Shown: one piece after another, positions 7,788 to 16,228 of the stretch
Position numbering within the stretch: position 1 is the first letter of the stretch
Layout of the letters: the number at the start of each line of letters is the position of its first letter
IMG/VR virus record: IMGVR_UViG_3300033127_000097
Span: 1-43,532 of that record
Reading direction: 5' to 3' (one strand)
Origin: a virus
Length of the DNA stretch: 43,532 nt
Program-made: the position numbers and the translations under genes
Notes under the pieces: model-generated
What the model was told of the DNA's origin: nothing
The model's database searches: none
The model's input: the letters and a program-made list of their open reading frames with translations, nothing else

Positions 7788-9521
7788 ATGCCACTTGACC
7801 TCGCGTCCGAGCAGGACGCGATCGACTTCATCAATTCCCTTAACTGCACGGTGCCTGCAGGTTCGACTTTCGCGCAAGCGGTGGCGTACCTCATGCAGAC
7901 ACCTGGCATCGCTCAAGAGTGCCTACTCGAGGCGTTATCGGAAGTTGGGTTCGTCGGCCCCCCCGGCCCGGCTGGACCGCAGGGCCCGTCCGGCGACGAC
8001 GGCTTAGACGGCGCTCAGGGTCCGGTTGGCCCCGAAGGTCCGATTGGACCTGAGGGGCCTACGGGTCCAACCGGAGCAGACGGCCCGATTGGACCCGTCG
8101 GTCCACAGGGTGATCCTGGCCCACAGGGGCCAGCTGGTCCAGCTGGAGTCGATGGAGCTGACGGAGCTGATGGTGCCGATGGCGCTCAAGGAATCCAGGG
8201 GCCGCAAGGCCCAATCGGTCCAGCTGGCCCGGCCGGCGCAGATGGAGTCGACGGTCAGGACGGTGCCGATGGTGCTGATGGCGTTGACGGCGCAGATGGC
8301 CCGATTGGGCCAGCAGGGCCTGCCGGTGCGGACGGGGCAGATGGAGTGGACGGCGCTGACGGCGCAGATGGCGCTGTTGGCCCGCAGGGGCCAATAGGAC
8401 CGGCTGGCCCGCAAGGCCCAGCAGGAGCAGATGGAGCAGATGGAGCAGATGGAGCGCAGGGGCCTCAAGGTATTCCTGGCAGCGATGGTGCTGACGGGGT
8501 TGATGGCGCCGATGGCGCGACGGGCCCGCAAGGGCCACAAGGAGATCCCGGCGTGGCTGGACCCGTCGGTCCCCAAGGCCCAGCTGGAGCGGACGGGGCT
8601 GACGGAGCTGACGGGGCCGATGGAGTGGACGGGGCTGTTGGACCTCAGGGACCAGTAGGGCCGCAGGGTCCGGTTGGTCCGGAGGGCCCAGCACCCACAC
8701 TGAATACCACCGACCTCGTGCTCGAACGGACCTTCGCGGGCCAGATCGACGTTGACGCTCAGAATGTGAACGTTGGCGGCAACGTCATCACGGTCTCCGG
8801 TGGCACCTTCGACACGGGCTGGAGTCAGATTCCAGGGGGCTCACTTCAGTACGCCGGCGAGCCAGATCGCATCGAGATCACAGCGATGGTCGTCAACGAT
8901 GCACAGGCCACCAATCAGCGCATGGCGCCTGGCGTGAACTTGGAGAAGTCCAACAATGGTGGGCCTTTCGCTTTGGTTCCGGCAGCGCGGTCTCGCACTG
9001 GCTACATCCGGCTTCTTAACGGGCACCAGACATCCAGCAACCATGTGTCGTGGACCGACATGAACCCTGGCCTCAACCCGACCTACCGACTGGTAGCTGT
9101 GCAGGCAGGGGTTGGCGGGAACGTGCAGAGCGTTGGGGGCCACTTCACTGGTATCGCAACAGAACGAGAAACCGTCACGGTCTACGTGCCGCCGTCAGGG
9201 GCAACGTCGAGCGGGGTGCCCGCAGGCAACGACGTGGTGAATAACTTCGCCTCCGATCAGTTCAACTTCCAGCTTCAAGTCCAGAACGTCACCGCGGGCA
9301 CGCTCGACGTTGAGACCATCTGGAATAATCGTCCGTACAGCACGATTCCGAGCCTGGTTCTTCCAACTGGATGGAGCCACTCGGTCGTGCCGGACGGAGC
9401 GCTGTTTGACCATGTGTTTACGGGGCCCGCCCCATCATTCCAAAACATCACCATTAGCGGAGGCCAGACGGTCCCCGCTGGCGATGCCGACAACTCACAG
9501 ATTGAGAATTACATCGTATGA
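7788..9521 (+). CDS. Collagen-like fibre protein (577 aa)
   Basis: About 80 uninterrupted G-X-Y triplets are followed by a ~280-aa globular C-terminal domain. The N-terminal 50 aa ([19 protein letters not shown]...) are paralogous to the 4299 gene. Confidence 0.85.
   Translation: MPLDLASEQDAIDFINSLNCTVPAGSTFAQAVAYLMQTPGIAQECLLEALSEVGFVGPPGPAGPQGPSGDDGLDGAQGPVGPEGPIGPEGPTGPTGADGPIGPVGPQGDPGPQGPAGPAGVDGADGADGADGAQGIQGPQGPIGPAGPAGADGVDGQDGADGADGVDGADGPIGPAGPAGADGADGVDGADGADGAVGPQGPIGPAGPQGPAGADGADGADGAQGPQGIPGSDGADGVDGADGATGPQGPQGDPGVAGPVGPQGPAGADGADGADGADGVDGAVGPQGPVGPQGPVGPEGPAPTLNTTDLVLERTFAGQIDVDAQNVNVGGNVITVSGGTFDTGWSQIPGGSLQYAGEPDRIEITAMVVNDAQATNQRMAPGVNLEKSNNGGPFALVPAARSRTGYIRLLNGHQTSSNHVSWTDMNPGLNPTYRLVAVQAGVGGNVQSVGGHFTGIATERETVTVYVPPSGATSSGVPAGNDVVNNFASDQFNFQLQVQNVTAGTLDVETIWNNRPYSTIPSLVLPTGWSHSVVPDGALFDHVFTGPAPSFQNITISGGQTVPAGDADNSQIENYIV
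7956..8688 (+). repeat. Collagen G-X-Y triplet repeat region (9-nt periodic [10 protein letters not shown]-type units)
   Basis: Gly occupies every third codon throughout, with many near-identical ggagcagat / ggagctgac units. Confidence 0.9.
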
Positions 9522-10357
9522 CCTGGCATAACCCGCCTCAGACATTCCAGAAGGGCCACCTCAATGAGGTGGAGTACCCGCTATCCAGTCTGCCCCTCGT
9601 TTCCGATGGGGCAGAAATGGTCATGTTGGGGGAGAACCTATACGAGGCGCCGGCGCCCACAATGCCCGGCGACGACGGCTTTCAGGCTGAGCTCGATGAG
9701 GTCATGCGCGTCCGCAACGACGTGCTCAACGGCGTCTGGCCTACGTGGTTTTTTCAGGACCACGGCATGTCGGCAACGCCGCCGTCGACCTTCAAGCAGG
9801 TCGGCGTGCACGTCGGTGACCCCGAGGCTGCAGCGGGTCTCGTCCACATGGACGATCCGATGGACCTCGGCGTGCTCATGCGCAACTACCTGCTCGGACT
9901 CATCCAGCGCCCGGAGGGCCAGCACGGCATGTTCCTCGAGAACATCCCTGGCTTCAACGCCAAGCTGGCCACGGCAGTTAATGATGCGCTGCTGGCGGCA
10001 GCTGAAACCAAGCAGTTCTTCGGGCGACCACGTCCCGAGGAGATGCTCTGCTTCAATATGACGCACTACCCCGAGGGTTGCCCCAAGCATCCCGCGTATC
10101 CTGCCGGTCACGGCGCTGCGGCTGGAGCGACCTTTGCAGTACTGGAGAGCCACTTCGCTGCTCATCTCAGCAGCAACCTGCTGGAGTATGTGCGGGACGC
10201 CTGCCTTCAATTCTCAATTTACAGAGTATTGGCAGGCGTCCACTTCGCTGACGATTGTCAAATTGGATTCTTGCTTGGGTACGCCGCGGCCAACGGCCTG
10301 GCATCCGTAACTGAAGCTGCCGAGAAGGCCGGATGGGGCGAGAGGTATGTGGGTTAA
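9518..10357 (+). CDS. Soluble PAP2-superfamily enzyme (acid phosphatase / vanadium haloperoxidase-like)
   Basis: All three PAP2 motifs are present: K165-x6-R172-P173 (KQFFGRPRP), P195-A-G-H198 (HPAYPAGH) and R236-x5-H242-x3-D246 ([11 protein letters not shown]). No obvious hydrophobic TM segments. ATGA-coupled to the collagen-like gene. Confidence 0.7.
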   Translation: MTWHNPPQTFQKGHLNEVEYPLSSLPLVSDGAEMVMLGENLYEAPAPTMPGDDGFQAELDEVMRVRNDVLNGVWPTWFFQDHGMSATPPSTFKQVGVHVGDPEAAAGLVHMDDPMDLGVLMRNYLLGLIQRPEGQHGMFLENIPGFNAKLATAVNDALLAAAETKQFFGRPRPEEMLCFNMTHYPEGCPKHPAYPAGHGAAAGATFAVLESHFAAHLSSNLLEYVRDACLQFSIYRVLAGVHFADDCQIGFLLGYAAANGLASVTEAAEKAGWGERYVG

Positions 10358-10580
10358 TGTCATCTCGCTCACAACGCCACTGGTGCTCGCCCTGTTGGGC
10401 GCCGGATGGACGTTTGTGAGGTGGAACGGAACGATGGATAAGCGGGTAAGCCATCTTGAACAGCGAGCAGAACACCTGGAGGAGCAAGTCGATGAACTGA
10501 AGGGCTCCAACGAGGAGAACTTCAGACGACTGGAAACGAAGCTGGATCGAATCATCGACCACCTTCTGAAAGGGACGTAA
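10347..10580 (+). CDS. Small membrane-anchored coiled-coil protein (77 aa)
   Basis: The N-terminal segment VISLTTPLVLALLGAGWTFV is hydrophobic. It is followed by a heptad-like acidic helix (HLEQRAEHLEEQVDELK...). It overlaps both flanking genes. Confidence 0.6.
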   Translation: MWVNVISLTTPLVLALLGAGWTFVRWNGTMDKRVSHLEQRAEHLEEQVDELKGSNEENFRRLETKLDRIIDHLLKGT

Positions 10581-11146
10581 TGGCAATCAGACCTGATGAA
10601 CCAACGTGCGATGAGCTGGCCGAAAAGGAACTCTGCGAGCACGAGGAGTGCTACGGCACATTCTGCCGGCAGCCGAACATGACCAACTTGATCGAAGCGT
10701 TCTGGCCAGATAGTCACGAACGTGCACTCGAGGCGGCGGATCTGATTTGGCTTCTGAGTTTGCCCGACAAGTTCCGCACCAACGGTGCCGAGATGGTTCA
10801 CGGTTGCGGCACTGATTCAAAGGGCTGCTGCGAGCTCGTAAGGAGTGGTCGTGAGGACCCGAACCAATGCCCGAACCGGAGCTACGGAGTGGACCTCGTG
10901 GCTGTGCTGCGCGCAGCCGTCCACGCAATGTCCATGCAGCGCATTCCAACCACGGGCCTCGCTCACCCCGATTGGGACAACCCCGAGTGGGGAATCGCTG
11001 ATGGCACTGTCCTGGTCTGGGATTCGGAGGCATTGCCCGACTGCGAACTCGTGGACGACCGCGAACCCTCTGTTCGCGGGGCATTCGTCTTGACTGACAT
11101 CAACGCGCTGATCACCCAGCGCCTCACTGAAGAAGGATTGATCTAA
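10580..11146 (+). CDS. Hypothetical Cys-rich protein (188 aa)
   Basis: TAATG coupling at both ends. It has 10 Cys, including CDELAEKELCEHEECYGTFC and GCGTDSKGCC. No family recognised. Confidence 0.6.
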   Translation: MAIRPDEPTCDELAEKELCEHEECYGTFCRQPNMTNLIEAFWPDSHERALEAADLIWLLSLPDKFRTNGAEMVHGCGTDSKGCCELVRSGREDPNQCPNRSYGVDLVAVLRAAVHAMSMQRIPTTGLAHPDWDNPEWGIADGTVLVWDSEALPDCELVDDREPSVRGAFVLTDINALITQRLTEEGLI

Positions 11147-12477
11147 TGGCACTGCCGCAACGTTGCGTCACTGACGTGCAAGACAAGGATGGAGTGTCCC
11201 TGCATCGAGGGGTGGACTCTCGTGAAGTGCGGGGCGTTCAGCGCTCACTCACGTACCCGGACGACACTTGTCCCGGTGAAGGCGATCTCGTCATTGCGGG
11301 CGTGGAGGACCAGTTCGGCGTCGAGTACGCCACCAATGGGCCGAACACTGTCATCCCTCGACCCGACCAGTTCATTGTCGACCTTGTTGCCGACGACGCG
11401 GTTCGGATCCGTCGATTCGACCCGAACGGAGTGCTCCTCGGCACGTGGATCGAAACCGATGCGCAGGTGTCGGGAAACGTCAACGACGGCTGGACCATTG
11501 TTGACGATGGCGGGGACGTCATCATCATCCCCGGACCAGAGGCTCAACCTGACATCGAGGACCAGTTCGGCAACGCGTATGGGCGTGACGGTGACGGGAA
11601 CTGGATCATCCCTCGTCCGAACACGACGCAGATCTCGCAGGGCCCCGACGGCGAGCTTGTGGTTACCATTGTCGATCCGAACGGACTCGTGCTCGTCACG
11701 TACTCCGAGACTGATGCCGAGATCACCGAGAACGTCGATGGGTCGCTGACAATCGTCGACGATTCGGGGGACGTGTTCAACGTGCCTGCACCGGCTGCTG
11801 GGTCGCTGATCGAGAACAGCGCAGGGACGCTGTACCCGACGGCGCCCAACGGAAATCAAGTCATCGATGTGCCTCCAGCGATTACGCCGGGCACGCTGGT
11901 GTTTTTTCAGGACGCAGACCAGATCCCGGTCGACAACGTGGCCAACGACGGGCTGGAGTTCTCCGAGTGCTTCGATCTGTCCGGAGGCATCATCGACCTG
12001 GCGGACCCCATTTCGGCAGTAGACCAAGTGCTCGGCTTTCAAACGCTTGGGGCGTTTTCTGGCGCTGCGGTGGACGCGATCGTGGGCACCGAGCTGATCA
12101 ACATTGGCGGGAGCCTGACGAACAACACCGATAAGACGATGGTCTACGTGGTGACGTGGCGTTCCGGCAACGTGTCGATTCGGATGGGTAGCCCGCTGAC
12201 CGATCATTGGCTGGTGCAGTGCCGGATGGAGATGAACGGGAGCGACGTCCTCGGAGGTTTGGCGCCGAACAACCTGATTCAACCTCAGACGTCGGGGCCG
12301 TTCTTCCGCATCAACTTCTCGAGCCAGACCATCACTCGCGGGGTGATCGTCCCACCAGGCGGCTCGTTTAACGCAACGACGACGGTGGACTTTTTGCCTG
12401 CCGTGTACACCCCTGACGCGCAGAACATCTTGAACGTGCAGCGTTACCAGATTTCAGCGTTCGGCTTCCCGATCTAG
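11146..12477 (+). CDS. Fibre/spike-like protein with a tandem ~84-aa repeat (443 aa)
   Basis: The N-terminus MALPQRCVTDVQDKDG is paralogous to the 12826 gene. An internal repeat (EDQFG...IPRP...DPNG...TDA...TIVDDxGDV) occurs twice. Confidence 0.65.
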   Translation: MALPQRCVTDVQDKDGVSLHRGVDSREVRGVQRSLTYPDDTCPGEGDLVIAGVEDQFGVEYATNGPNTVIPRPDQFIVDLVADDAVRIRRFDPNGVLLGTWIETDAQVSGNVNDGWTIVDDGGDVIIIPGPEAQPDIEDQFGNAYGRDGDGNWIIPRPNTTQISQGPDGELVVTIVDPNGLVLVTYSETDAEITENVDGSLTIVDDSGDVFNVPAPAAGSLIENSAGTLYPTAPNGNQVIDVPPAITPGTLVFFQDADQIPVDNVANDGLEFSECFDLSGGIIDLADPISAVDQVLGFQTLGAFSGAAVDAIVGTELINIGGSLTNNTDKTMVYVVTWRSGNVSIRMGSPLTDHWLVQCRMEMNGSDVLGGLAPNNLIQPQTSGPFFRINFSSQTITRGVIVPPGGSFNATTTVDFLPAVYTPDAQNILNVQRYQISAFGFPI

Positions 12478-12485
12478 GAGGATCG

Positions 12486-12839
12486 ATGACTCACTACGCA
12501 ATCATTTGCACCTATCCCGAATACACGGACAATCGTGCCAAAGCCCTGGAGGGGCGCGATCAGGCTGTGGCTGAACTGACGTCGCAGCTCCGAGAGTCGG
12601 GGTCCGCGTTGCAGGCCATGATGGCCGACGACCTTGAGGCGCAGGTACTGCCTGAGCCTTTGACCGCTCAAGAGTTCAATGACCTTTACGGCGATGGGGT
12701 CATCGTGCGGTACGGGGAGATCGGCGGCATGTCTCGAGCGGAGATTGCTCAGCATCATTCGGTTCACACGGCTAAGGTTCGGCTTCTCGTTGAGAGCGAC
12801 CTTATGGAGCGTTTGGAGGCCCAGAATGGCACTGCCTAG
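12486..12839 (+). CDS. Hypothetical protein (117 aa) between the two paralogous fibre-like genes
   Basis: An AGGAGG RBS lies 5 nt upstream of the ATG. There is a possible HTH-like stretch (MSRAEIAQHHSVHTAKVRLLV). Function unknown. Confidence 0.6.
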   Translation: MTHYAIICTYPEYTDNRAKALEGRDQAVAELTSQLRESGSALQAMMADDLEAQVLPEPLTAQEFNDLYGDGVIVRYGEIGGMSRAEIAQHHSVHTAKVRLLVESDLMERLEAQNGTA

Positions 12840-13524
12840 CCGATGCATCACCGACGTGCAGGACACGGACGGCAACAGCTATCCACGGGACGCCGACGAC
12901 AACGGTGTCGTGATTCTTGACATCCCAGAGCAAGGCGTTACCGACGTGCTGCTCGAAGGGAGCAGCGTGGTCACCGGTGGCGTGGCGGAGCTTCCGGCGT
13001 ACCCGGTACTTCCGGCCGAGCACACCACACTGTCCACCCGTGGCGGCTTGATTGCTGTCAGCGGACAGACCGGGACCTTCGTGCCTCTTGACTTCTTGGT
13101 TTCCGCCATTGGGGCGCCAGTCGAGCAGGTCGCAAACAACACGGTCTCGATTCCCAATCCGTCGGCAGATCGAGTCATGCGATGCATCCTCCTGATCGGC
13201 GGATCGTGCGAAGTGTTCTTCCAGACCGAGAATCCGAACCGGATCTTCACTGAGTGGGAGTACAACCTGTCAGGACTTGTTGGCCCCGACCAGCAGATCT
13301 TTGGTCAGCAAGGCTTTGGTCTCGGCGAGGACGGTTTCGCAGACGGACTGCAGGCCAGTATCGACATCCCCGGGATGACGCCAACGTCAGCGGCGTTCGA
13401 CATCCCGGCAGGTGGAACGCTGGAGTTGGACATTTCGATCAATCAGGCGGTCCGGGTCTGGGATGGGGTCAGCGAGATGTCTGCGGTTCGCACGAATTTC
13501 CACGTGTTCGGGTCAACGGTTTAG
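12826..13524 (+). CDS. Second fibre/spike-like protein (232 aa)
   Basis: This uses the internal ATG of ORF 12679..13524. The N-terminus MALPSRCITDVQDTDG matches the 11146 gene at both protein and nucleotide level, so the start is set at 12826. Confidence 0.6.
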   Translation: MALPSRCITDVQDTDGNSYPRDADDNGVVILDIPEQGVTDVLLEGSSVVTGGVAELPAYPVLPAEHTTLSTRGGLIAVSGQTGTFVPLDFLVSAIGAPVEQVANNTVSIPNPSADRVMRCILLIGGSCEVFFQTENPNRIFTEWEYNLSGLVGPDQQIFGQQGFGLGEDGFADGLQASIDIPGMTPTSAAFDIPAGGTLELDISINQAVRVWDGVSEMSAVRTNFHVFGSTV

Positions 13525-13532
13525 GAGTCACC

Positions 13533-13724
13533 ATGCGCAAGTACAAGCAAGTCGACGGGGCTGTGCTCTACATTGATGGGCCAGGCACCGTTAAGGACGG
13601 GGTCATGTTGGAGGAGTCAGTTGTCGCGCGGTTGCCGGCGGTTAAGACGACTGCGGAGCAGCGGCTTGAAAGCAAGCTGCGGTCTGAAATCGGCAAGATC
13701 AACGAGCAATTGGAAGAAGAGTGA
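13533..13724 (+). CDS. Small hypothetical protein (63 aa)
   Basis: An AGGAG RBS lies 6 nt upstream of ATG 13533. The C-terminus is helical and charged. Confidence 0.5.
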   Translation: MRKYKQVDGAVLYIDGPGTVKDGVMLEESVVARLPAVKTTAEQRLESKLRSEIGKINEQLEEE

Positions 13725-13725
13725 A

Positions 13726-13944
13726 ATGAACTGGAATGACATCCTTGAGCGGGCCGGTTGGACTTTTGTCCAGGCGTTCGTCGGCACCTTTGGTGCGATC
13801 AGCTTGATCTCAGACTTGAGCGAGATCGCAGGGGCAGCTGACGCAGCTGCGGCTGCGGGTCTTTCTGCAGTTTTGAGCTTCGTGAAGACGGTCGCTCAGG
13901 AGCGGCTTGCTATCCCTGAGACGAGGGTGCCTCCAGGTGCCTGA
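13726..13944 (+). CDS. Holin (r1t-type-like, 72 aa)
   Basis: MNWNDILERAGWTFVQAFVGTFGAISL... has two hydrophobic segments. Its N-terminal pattern resembles r1t-family holins, and it sits immediately upstream of the amidase. Confidence 0.55.
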   Translation: MNWNDILERAGWTFVQAFVGTFGAISLISDLSEIAGAADAAAAAGLSAVLSFVKTVAQERLAIPETRVPPGA

Positions 13945-13951
13945 CGAGCTG

Positions 13952-14665
13952 ATGCCCGGCGTGCGGCACATGTTGCTGCCCGAGGCGTATCAGGAAACTC
14001 GTATTGATGACGATGACGTCGTACAGGTCATCGTTCACTCCTTCGCTGACGGTCCCGGCGCAACGAGAATGCGGGACTATCTGGCTCGTTCGGACGTGAA
14101 GGTCGAGTACACGTTCGGCGTGTACTCCGATGGCCGTATCGATCAGTGGGTGCCGGTGGGTTATGCCGCCGACGCGACGATTCACGCCAAGAACCATTCG
14201 GTTTCGATCGTCTTTGAGTCGGACTCCACGAGCTCAAGTAAGCCGTTCACCGAGGCGCAATGGGCTGCGCTGGTGAGGATCACGGTCTGGCTCCACCAGG
14301 AATGGGGCATCCCGCTGAAGCTGATCCCTCATGGCCAGCCGACCTCGCCGGGGTTGGGCTGGCATCGAATGTACATCGAGGGCAACAAGTCGGGGCTGGG
14401 CTATGCATCGAGCTACGACTTTCAGGGGGATCCGTCGTACTCGTGGTCGCTGTCCCGCGGCAAGACCTGCCCCGGCGATGCCCGCGTAAAGCAGCTCGAG
14501 GCGCATTGGGTGAACGATGTGCGCGCGGCGCTTCCGTTGCCTGAGTATTTGGCGGCAATGAAGGCCGATTGGCAGCTGGTGAAGAGGATCACGTGGATGC
14601 GTCCCGGCAAGCGTTTCAGGCGCATCCGGGCTATAGCAATCGAGAATCTCGATCGTTTCCCCTAG
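13952..14665 (+). CDS. Endolysin, N-acetylmuramoyl-L-alanine amidase (Amidase_2/PGRP-like)
   Basis: The motifs are VIVHSFA, NHSVSIVFES and GKTCPGDARV, the last being a typical Zn-amidase C-terminal motif. I chose the ATG at 13952. The ORF opens at TTG 13907, overlapping the holin. Confidence 0.75.
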   Translation: MPGVRHMLLPEAYQETRIDDDDVVQVIVHSFADGPGATRMRDYLARSDVKVEYTFGVYSDGRIDQWVPVGYAADATIHAKNHSVSIVFESDSTSSSKPFTEAQWAALVRITVWLHQEWGIPLKLIPHGQPTSPGLGWHRMYIEGNKSGLGYASSYDFQGDPSYSWSLSRGKTCPGDARVKQLEAHWVNDVRAALPLPEYLAAMKADWQLVKRITWMRPGKRFRRIRAIAIENLDRFP

Positions 14666-14674
14666 GATCTCGGC

Positions 14675-16228
14675 GTGGTAGCTACCCGCCTGGAGATGCT
14701 CCAGCAAGAAGTCGAATGGCGCAAGTGTGCAAGTTCGGTCGAGTACTTCTGCGAGAACTTCGCCTATATCGAGCATTCGGATCCGACGAAGGGTGCGATT
14801 AAGTTCAAGCTGAGACCTGAGCAGCGCGACGTTATGGAGACGTGGTCGCGGGGTCAGGACACGATCAGTTTGAAGGCCCGGCAGATTGGCTGGTCGACGT
14901 CAGTGTGCGTGTTCTCGCTGCACCGTGCGATCTTCTTTGCGCCATCGAGGATCTTGATGCTGTCCAAGAAGCAGGACGACGCACGGGATCTCGTGGACAA
15001 GTGCCGGTTCACGTACGAGCGGTTGCCTGAGTGGATGCGGGAGCGGTGCCGTCGCACCAATCGTTCGGTCGACTCGATGAAGTTTGACAACGACTCGAGG
15101 ATCGAGGGGCTGCCATCGAAGAAGGACCCTGCCCGTTCGAAGTCGGCGTCGATCATTGTCCTCGACGAGTGGGCGTTCTATGACGACCCGGAGAATGCGT
15201 GGGCGTCGATCGAGCCAGCGATGGATGTGGGTGGGCATTGCATCGCCTTGTCGACGGCTAATGGTGCCGGCAATTTCTTCCACCGGTTCTGGAAGCAGGC
15301 GGTGGCGGGGGTTAATGGTTTCAAGCCGCTCTTCTACTCGTGGCGGGTCGTACCTGAGCGGGACGACGAGTGGTACGAGAACAAGAGAATGAAGATGGAG
15401 CCTTGGGCGTTGGCTCAGGAGTATCCGAACAATCCTCGCGAGGCGTTCATCATCTCTGGCTCGCCGGCGTTTGACGTCGAAGCGCTGATGGCCACCGATC
15501 ACGAGGAGTATCAGCGTGGATGGCTGCACGAAGAGGCAGACATGATGAAGTTCACCGAGGCCCGCAACGGTGACGTGCACATCCTTGAACATCCGAGGGC
15601 GCATGGAACGTATGTGGTCGGCGCCGACGTCGCTGCCGGCAGGGCGACTGGCGATTTCAGTTGCGCACAAGTGCTCGACGTTGAAACTGGCAGGCAGGTT
15701 GCGCGCTGGCACGGCCACATCAACGTGGATCAGTACGCAGACGAGCTCTACCGGCTGGGTACCTACTACAACAGCGCCTTGATGGCACCCGAGCGAAACG
15801 GTGTTGGGGGTGAGCTGGTCAGGATCTTGCGGTCACGTGGCTACACGAACATCTATCGGGAGGCGAGGCGCACCCGCGGCCGCACCGATGTCGAGGAGAC
15901 GTACGGCTGGCTGACCACTGCAGGTTCGAAGTATGCGATCGTAATGGGCTTGACCGAGGCGATCCGTGACGGTTCGCTAGCGGTCACTCACGAGGCGACC
16001 CTCAATGAGTTGATGAGTTACCGGCACACGAAGAAGGGCACGTTTGAGGGCGACCCTAACGATGACGAGGTAATGGCGATCGGCATTGCGTGGCAAGTAC
16101 TGCCGCTGGCCAGGCCCTCGTGGTTTGATAGAGAAGATCGAAATGAGGACCGGGACCCATTTAGGGCCAGTGAAGTGTTCGGGACGAGTGCCCGACGTAC
16201 GACTAGGAAGCGGATTGGTGCAACATGA
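14675..16228 (+). CDS. terL: Terminase large subunit
   Basis: Walker A-like KARQIGWST, Walker B IIVLDEWAF and the nuclease-domain motif VGADVAAGRATGDFS are present. It is ATGA-coupled to the portal gene. GTG start at 14675, with an alternative ATG at 14696. Confidence 0.85.
   Translation: MVATRLEMLQQEVEWRKCASSVEYFCENFAYIEHSDPTKGAIKFKLRPEQRDVMETWSRGQDTISLKARQIGWSTSVCVFSLHRAIFFAPSRILMLSKKQDDARDLVDKCRFTYERLPEWMRERCRRTNRSVDSMKFDNDSRIEGLPSKKDPARSKSASIIVLDEWAFYDDPENAWASIEPAMDVGGHCIALSTANGAGNFFHRFWKQAVAGVNGFKPLFYSWRVVPERDDEWYENKRMKMEPWALAQEYPNNPREAFIISGSPAFDVEALMATDHEEYQRGWLHEEADMMKFTEARNGDVHILEHPRAHGTYVVGADVAAGRATGDFSCAQVLDVETGRQVARWHGHINVDQYADELYRLGTYYNSALMAPERNGVGGELVRILRSRGYTNIYREARRTRGRTDVEETYGWLTTAGSKYAIVMGLTEAIRDGSLAVTHEATLNELMSYRHTKKGTFEGDPNDDEVMAIGIAWQVLPLARPSWFDREDRNEDRDPFRASEVFGTSARRTTRKRIGAT

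Noticed and set aside
7956-8688. Periodic short repeats that could be mistaken for a CRISPR array or satellite
   Set aside because: The period is 9 nt with no spacer-repeat architecture, and the whole region is in-frame coding sequence for Gly-X-Y.
8004-8700. Long ORFs on both strands across the collagen tract (8004..8576 -, 8059..8700 -, 8026..8397 +, 8431..8658 +)
   Set aside because: They are shadow frames created by the 9-nt periodic G-X-Y repeat. Their products are low-complexity Arg/Leu/Ser/Cys strings, and the plus-strand collagen frame is continuous with well-defined flanking domains.
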